A stretch of 20,812 nucleotides of DNA from Deltaproteobacteria bacterium (GTDB lineage Bacteria > Desulfobacterota > Desulfarculia > Adiutricales > Adiutricaceae): the NCBI GenBank assembly GCA_031278225.1, contig JAITKT010000451.1, forward strand, positions 1-20,812, in the 5' to 3' direction. Shown here in pieces: positions 16,267 to 20,812 of the stretch; position 1 is the first letter of the stretch; the number at the start of each line of letters is the position of its first letter. The notes under the pieces were generated by a model. That model was not told the DNA's origin. It searched no databases and saw nothing but the letters and a program-made list of their open reading frames with translations. The position numbers and the translations under genes are program-made.

Positions 16267-17040
16267 TCAATACACGTGAACGCTTTGGGCCGCGGTGGGA
16301 AGATAATTGACCCCCAGCCAGGTCATCATGAGAAAAAGAAAAGCGACCGGGAGCACCCACAGGGTCAGGGCGTTTTTAAGGCCAATCCGTCTCAGGTGGA
16401 TGTAGAGCAGGAAGGCGGCAGCGGTGACGAAGGCCCAGGTCTCTTTCGGGTCCCAGGACCAATAGTGGCCCCAGGCCGCCTTGGCCCAGAGGGCGCCCAG
16501 GATGAGTCCCAGCATCAGGGCCCCGACACCCACGTGGACGAGATTGTCGACGAGGTCCAAGAGTTTCGGATCCTCCGCGCCTTTCCTTCGTTTCACCATG
16601 ATGACGACGCTTCCGACCGCCGACGCCGCGAGGAGGGCGTAGGAGAGGATGTAGAGCGTCACGTGGGGTATGAAGTAAGGGCTCATCAGAGCCGGCATCA
16701 GGGTTTTGGAGTGGATCTCGGGCTTCAGGAGATTCACCGCCGCGAAGACGATGGCCAACGCGGCCCCGAAGGCGAGGAGCCAGGGGTAACCCCAGCGCCT
16801 GTGGGCGAGTATGCCCAGGACGGAAAGAAAGAGGGAATACCAGAGTCTGGTCTCCCCCATGGTCCGGAAGGGGGGTCTTTTCAGGCCGATCCAAAGCCCG
16901 ATTATGAAAACGAGGCTGACCGCCGCGCCGATGGCAATCGCGAGAACGGCCTTGTCGTTCTTTTTCAAAACGAACCACAGGCCCAGGAGCCAGAAAAGAA
17001 TCGCGAGGGGCCCGAAAAATTCGAAGTGAGTCCAGCGCAT
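16267..17040 (-). CDS. ccsA: cytochrome c-type biogenesis protein CcsA/ResC (System II haem handling, 257 aa)
   Basis: WWD tryptophan-rich motif AAWGHYWSWDPKETWAF, and 8 predicted TM segments. The start is chosen at the ATG at 17038-17040, which follows the resB stop in a TGA-A-ATG arrangement and has a GGGGG about 12 nt upstream. An alternative ATG at 17067 cannot be excluded. Confidence 0.75.
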   Translation of the reverse strand: MRWTHFEFFGPLAILFWLLGLWFVLKKNDKAVLAIAIGAAVSLVFIIGLWIGLKRPPFRTMGETRLWYSLFLSVLGILAHRRWGYPWLLAFGAALAIVFAAVNLLKPEIHSKTLMPALMSPYFIPHVTLYILSYALLAASAVGSVVIMVKRRKGAEDPKLLDLVDNLVHVGVGALMLGLILGALWAKAAWGHYWSWDPKETWAFVTAAAFLLYIHLRRIGLKNALTLWVLPVAFLFLMMTWLGVNYLPTAAQSVHVY

Positions 17041-17041
17041 T

Positions 17042-18358
17042 TCAGTCCGCCCCCTTGTCCTTGGCAATGTCGACGGCCTTGCCGGAGACGTCGTTCGCGG
17101 CCTTGTTCGCGGCTCCGGTGTTCGCGCCCTTGTCGGCGCCCATGACGACGAGCCCGAACGCGCCCAGGGCCATGAGAACGAATCCGGCGTAGGCGACGAA
17201 GAGCCAGGGGTCTCTCACGAGAAGGAAGCTGCTCCACGCGGAAAGGTTTCCGGCCTGGTTGTCGTAGCCGTGTTGGTAGACCATCCAATCACCCGCCCGG
17301 AGGGGCTTGTTCACGAGAATCTCGCCTTCCTTTTCGATCCCCTCCTCGGTGAAAACTTTCACGAGAGAGGCGAAACGTTTGGGCTCGGGTCTTGACATGA
17401 CGAGCAGTCTCTCGTCGTCCAGGGTCAGGGGTTGGGGCATGACGAATCTGTTTCCCCCGGCCACCCAGCCTTCCGAGTCGATTCCCGTCAAAGAGCTTTT
17501 CACGCGGAGTTTGGCGGCCTGGGTGGAGGCCTTCATGACGGCCCTCGCGAAGACGCCGTCCCCCACGGGAACCGCCTTTCCCAGGAATTCCAGGACCTCG
17601 ATTTCCAGGTCCAGGATTCCCCTCTGGCCCCCGGGGTCGTCCAAAAAGAACAGGGCCGGTCTTCCCTCCGGAAGCGCGGTTCCGGTGTTCTTTTTGATGA
17701 CGGCCAAGTGGGCGGGCCATTCATCCATGGAAAAATCGTCGAGCCTCACCGCGACGGGAAGTTGAAGCACCTCCCCCGGCTTCGGGCCTTCGACCCTCCA
17801 TTCGACCTCGCCCTCCAAAACCCTCATGACGTGCTGTTCCCGATCGGGGGCCCCGATGCCCGCCGCGAGAAGAACCAGGAAGAGCCCCAGATGGTTCGCG
17901 AGAAAGATCTTCCTCTTTTTGAATTTGGGGACGGTCCTCATGACGGTCGCGGAAAGCGACAGGAGCATGGCGAGATACAAAAACACGAAGGGCCAGGAAG
18001 TCGTGAGATTGAAGAGACCAAGGCCCCGAAGGAAACCCTCCCCCCCGGACCCGGGGATTCTTTGAGGCACGAATCCCATGACGAGGGAAAGAAGCAAAAT
18101 AAAGAGCATCAAGGACAGGGAAAAGGCCCCTCCGGAAAAGAACCCGAAAAACCGGGTCTTTCCCAAGGGAATCGCGGCCAACCCGAAGAAAATCACGAAG
18201 ATTCCGACGTAATGACTCGCGGGGGCGGCGAAAGCCGAAAGGTCGAGGGGCCCGACAACCAAAGAGGTGACGATTCCCCCGCAAAAAACGGCCCCCGCCG
18301 TCAAAAGACCCAGGGACAAGCGATTCAACCGTTTGTTTTTGAGACCGACGTCAGCCAA
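17042..18358 (-). CDS. resB: cytochrome c biogenesis protein ResB/CcsB (438 aa)
   Basis: Basic N-terminus, TM helices, a large periplasmic domain and a C-terminal TM, which is ResB architecture. It sits immediately upstream of ccsA. The apparent TTG start at 18356-18358 has a GGAAAGG about 9 nt upstream, and the exact start is uncertain. Confidence 0.65.
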   Translation of the reverse strand: MADVGLKNKRLNRLSLGLLTAGAVFCGGIVTSLVVGPLDLSAFAAPASHYVGIFVIFFGLAAIPLGKTRFFGFFSGGAFSLSLMLFILLLSLVMGFVPQRIPGSGGEGFLRGLGLFNLTTSWPFVFLYLAMLLSLSATVMRTVPKFKKRKIFLANHLGLFLVLLAAGIGAPDREQHVMRVLEGEVEWRVEGPKPGEVLQLPVAVRLDDFSMDEWPAHLAVIKKNTGTALPEGRPALFFLDDPGGQRGILDLEIEVLEFLGKAVPVGDGVFARAVMKASTQAAKLRVKSSLTGIDSEGWVAGGNRFVMPQPLTLDDERLLVMSRPEPKRFASLVKVFTEEGIEKEGEILVNKPLRAGDWMVYQHGYDNQAGNLSAWSSFLLVRDPWLFVAYAGFVLMALGAFGLVVMGADKGANTGAANKAANDVSGKAVDIAKDKGAD

Positions 18359-18402
18359 GGGACTCGCCTTTCCGAAGATGAAAACCGCGTTTGGGGGAAA
18401 AG

Positions 18403-18445
18403 CCCCGAACGGCCCGAAAAAAGGGGATTTTCGGACCGTTCGGGG
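18403..18445 (-). promoter_or_regulatory. large near-perfect hairpin between nrfA and resB: CCCCGAACGG-c-CCGAAAA-aagggga-TTTTCGG-a-CCGTTCGGGG, a ~17-bp stem
   Basis: Read directly. There is one mismatch in the stem and a 7-nt loop. On the minus-strand transcript it is followed by CUUUUCC, so it could be a partial terminator or an mRNA-stability element. Confidence 0.5.
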
Positions 18446-18485
18446 GGATTGTGGAGGGGTGAGTCAAGGAGTCGCCGGGTCGGCG

Positions 18486-19976
18486 TCAAATCCTGCCGTT
18501 GGCCTTGGCGGTCTCGATCCATTTGGGAACGACGGTTTTCATGAACTCGGCCTTCTGGGCTTCCAGAAGCGGCATGTCGAGGCCTATGTAGCTCTGGGCC
18601 TTCTCCTTGGTCGAGATGTCGGGGAGATCGAATTCGGTGACCCCGTGCTTGAAGAGAATCTCGTTCGCGAGGAGCTGGGCCTGGAAGGTCTTGTCGATGC
18701 CGTGGGAGAGAACCCTCGCCGACTCCAGGGGGGCGTGGAAGGCCGCGCCGTGGGAGGCCACCACGAAATCCCAACGCCATTGGGCCGCCCTTATGAGTTT
18801 GCGGACCGGGGCGAGCTCCTCGTCCGTGGCGCCGTTTTCCATGGCGATCTTCACGAGGATGTGGGCCTTGGCGAGTTCGGGCTCCAACCTGCTTCTGAGT
18901 TCGACGATGGAATCGAAGCGCTCGTAGACCAGATTGCGGAGGGTCTCCTCGGAATCCCTGTGGCAGACCTGGCAGCTGGCCGAGATGTCTTTCAGGGGGC
19001 TCACCAGATGGTGGTTGGAGTACTTGACCCCTCCGTCGGAAACGTAGGGCATGTGGCAATCGGCGCAGGAAAGGCCCTTCTCGCCGTGGGGTCCCATGAG
19101 GAAGAGCTCGTAGTCGGGATGCTGGGTCTTGATGATGGGGGTTTTGGAGACCGCGTTGACGAAGTCGGAATACTCCAGCTCGTCGTAGTAGGCCTCCATG
19201 TCCTCGGCCTTCAGGCCCTTGTCCCAGGGCAGGGTGAGGTACTTGCCGTCGCCCTTGAAATAGTATTCGACGTGGCACTGGGCGCAGACGAGACTCCTCA
19301 TCTCGCCTATGGTGGCGTTCTTCACGTCTCCTCCCGTTCTTTGGTAGTACTCGATCACGCCGGGACGGGTGATGGTGAGCTCCATGGTCTCCGGGTCATG
19401 GCAGTCGGCGCATCCTATGGGATTCACGATCTCCGAACCCAAGCTGCTCCAGGGCGCCTTGTAGTACTCCGCCACGCCCATCTTTTCCATCATCCGGAGG
19501 ACGTCGGGGCTCTTGCAGGTCCAACAGGTGGCGGGCTGGAGGTCCTTGGAGTCCCCCACCCCCGGGGAGCCGACGCGCAGGGTGGCGCGCATGTCCTCGA
19601 TGGTGTACCAGTGTCCCCGGGGCGCCCTGTAATCCCTCGCGAAGGCGTAGCCGGCCCACAGGATGACCATGTCGGGCCGGGCCTCGAGGATGTCCTCGGG
19701 CATGTTCCCCAGATACTTGGATTTGAAATTCATTTCGGAAGTCTGCTTGAAGGTCTGATACTCCCGGGGATAATTCTTTCCCCATCTCTCGCTTTTGGGT
19801 TCTATGCCCTTGATGTCCTCGACCTTGTTGTTGAAAATCGAGGCCACCTCGCTCCTCTTCTCCGTCACGACGGCGGCGAGAAGACCCAAAAGCACGACCC
19901 CGGCCATGGCCCCGCAAAAAATAAAGATACCGATGAGCCAGGGCCCTGTGGAAAATTTTTCTTTCAATGACATCAT
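18486..19976 (-). CDS. nrfA: cytochrome c552 nitrite reductase (ammonia-forming), pentahaem NrfA (496 aa)
   Basis: It carries the diagnostic CWTCK (CxxCK) first haem motif, plus CADCH, CAQCH, CADCH and CQVCH. It has an N-terminal signal/anchor. A GGGGG RBS sits 6 nt upstream of ATGATG. Confidence 0.9.
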   Translation of the reverse strand: MMSLKEKFSTGPWLIGIFIFCGAMAGVVLLGLLAAVVTEKRSEVASIFNNKVEDIKGIEPKSERWGKNYPREYQTFKQTSEMNFKSKYLGNMPEDILEARPDMVILWAGYAFARDYRAPRGHWYTIEDMRATLRVGSPGVGDSKDLQPATCWTCKSPDVLRMMEKMGVAEYYKAPWSSLGSEIVNPIGCADCHDPETMELTITRPGVIEYYQRTGGDVKNATIGEMRSLVCAQCHVEYYFKGDGKYLTLPWDKGLKAEDMEAYYDELEYSDFVNAVSKTPIIKTQHPDYELFLMGPHGEKGLSCADCHMPYVSDGGVKYSNHHLVSPLKDISASCQVCHRDSEETLRNLVYERFDSIVELRSRLEPELAKAHILVKIAMENGATDEELAPVRKLIRAAQWRWDFVVASHGAAFHAPLESARVLSHGIDKTFQAQLLANEILFKHGVTEFDLPDISTKEKAQSYIGLDMPLLEAQKAEFMKTVVPKWIETAKANGRI

Positions 19977-19989
19977 TTACCCCCTGGAT

Positions 19990-20562
19990 TTAAAGCATGT
20001 TCCGGAGCCATTGAGGAGCCGGCGATTCGGGAAAAGGATTCGGAAGGTTGTCGGTCGTGCCCAGGCCGCTTACGCCGCCGTGGGCGAGATCCCTGTGGCA
20101 GTCCCAACAGGTCTTGTCCTTTCCCGCCAAAGCGTCGTTCATGTTGACGTTCATGCGGGTGAACTCGGTGACCAGCTGTTCGTGGCAGCGGATGCAATTT
20201 TCCATGATGACCCTGTTCGAGCCAGCCCTCGGGCGAATCACCTGAGGTTCCGCGCTCAACGTGTAGACGGCCGCGTGATAAAGCCCGTCGGTGGCCTTGA
20301 AATACCATTTTCTGGCGAAACCGTCCTGAGGCACGTGGCAATCGTTGCAGGTGGCCCGGGCGTAATGGGAGCTGCCCTTCCACGACTGGTAGTAAGTGCC
20401 CATTATGTGGCAGTTCAGGCAGGTTTCGGGAAGATCGTTCGCGTAGGAAAAGGCCCGGGAAACGTAGAGGAGATAAACGGTCACGCCCGCCAAAAGTCCG
20501 AAAACCAGGCAGAACGCCCATCTCCACTTATATACCCCGTACATTTGTTTTAATTTTCCCAT
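19990..20562 (-). CDS. nrfH: NrfH, the NapC/NirT-family tetrahaem quinol dehydrogenase subunit of the nitrite reductase (190 aa)
   Basis: Four CxxCH motifs (CLNCH, CNDCH, CIRCH, CWDCH) and a single N-terminal TM. ORF 19990..20610 is trimmed to the ATG at 20560-20562 (MGKLKQMYGVYKWRW...), with GGTGAG 5 nt upstream. It ends 13 nt upstream of the nrfA start. Confidence 0.8.
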   Translation of the reverse strand: MGKLKQMYGVYKWRWAFCLVFGLLAGVTVYLLYVSRAFSYANDLPETCLNCHIMGTYYQSWKGSSHYARATCNDCHVPQDGFARKWYFKATDGLYHAAVYTLSAEPQVIRPRAGSNRVIMENCIRCHEQLVTEFTRMNVNMNDALAGKDKTCWDCHRDLAHGGVSGLGTTDNLPNPFPESPAPQWLRNML

Positions 20563-20655
20563 AAGCTCACCGCCCGGCGTTGTGATTGAGGAGGAGGAGA
20601 AGGAAGACAAAACGGGCTGTTCGATGGTCCGAGAGTAGCAAAACCGAAAAACAAA

Positions 20656-20677
20656 AATCTTGACGTATGTTAAGATT
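20656..20677. promoter_or_regulatory. inverted repeat AATCTT-gacgtatgtt-AAGATT, overlapping a plus-strand TTGACG(20660-20665)-N16-CATAAT(20682-20687) promoter-like element
   Basis: Read directly in the AT-rich region upstream of nrfH. It could be a regulator site for nrfHA, or a promoter for a divergent plus-strand gene starting near 20793 (ATGGCTGACGAAGAACCGCG) that runs off the window. Confidence 0.3.
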
Positions 20678-20740
20678 ACGCCATAATCATGAAAAAAGCG
20701 AGAGCGGGAGCGGTTTCGGCCGCCGACGGCCCGCCAAAAT

Positions 20741-20763
20741 ATTTACTTAAAATATCCGTAAAT
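20741..20763. promoter_or_regulatory. inverted repeat ATTTAC-N11-GTAAAT with a flanking AAAATAT direct repeat
   Basis: Read directly. Its position in the divergent promoter region suggests a regulator-binding site, but this is speculative. Confidence 0.25.
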
Positions 20764-20812
20764 AAGTGATTTTATGGTTTAAATGACATATTATGGCTGA
20801 CGAAGAACCGCG

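Noticed and set aside
16276-17145. 289-aa plus-strand ORF antisense to ccsA. Also ORFs 17432..18544(+), 17721..18284(-), 18267..19970(+), 18325..19278(-) and 19396..19917(-) overlapping resB/nrfA.
   Set aside because: All are antisense or off-frame to genes with diagnostic motifs (WWD, CxxCH/CxxCK), and their composition is not protein-like.
1-20812. CRISPR arrays, IS elements, integrases and rRNA genes
   Set aside because: Sequence searched for evenly spaced repeats, transposase or integrase motifs and rRNA signatures. None seen. The only repeats are the short tandem and duplication features reported.

Overview
This is a high-GC (about 62-65%) bacterial chromosomal segment with short AT-rich promoter islands. 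It looks like an anaerobe of a Desulfobacterota-like lifestyle (inference only). Many long ORFs in the six-frame track are antisense or off-frame artefacts of the GC content. From left to right I can support the following. (1) A class I SAM-dependent methyltransferase behind a sigma70-like promoter and a leader that carries a hairpin plus T-tract. (2) A minus-strand lactate-utilisation operon, lutC followed by a fused lutB::lutA gene. (3) About 1.3 kb with no credible coding potential, containing a 24-bp tandem repeat. (4) A lower-GC islet encoding an HU/IHF-family protein and a small XRE-type HTH regulator, closed by a strong bidirectional terminator. (5) An orphan DUF1638-like gene on the minus strand with a long palindrome-rich leader. 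(6) A three-gene membrane module behind a near-consensus promoter: an SPFH/Band-7 protein carrying five tandem C-terminal zinc ribbons, a 4-TM protein, and a protein with an N-terminal zinc ribbon and C-terminal TM helices. It resembles the PspA-associated ydjG/H/I neighbourhood, but no pspA is present in the window. (7) A tetR-emrA-emrB-type efflux operon whose promoter, operator-like direct repeats and tetR 5' end are tandemly duplicated, with a third degenerate copy upstream. (8) On the minus strand, nrfH-nrfA (cytochrome c nitrite reductase; NrfA has the diagnostic CxxCK heme motif) followed by resB/ccsB and ccsA (System II cytochrome c synthase). A large hairpin separates nrfA from resB. 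No rRNA, tRNA, CRISPR arrays, transposases or integrases were seen.
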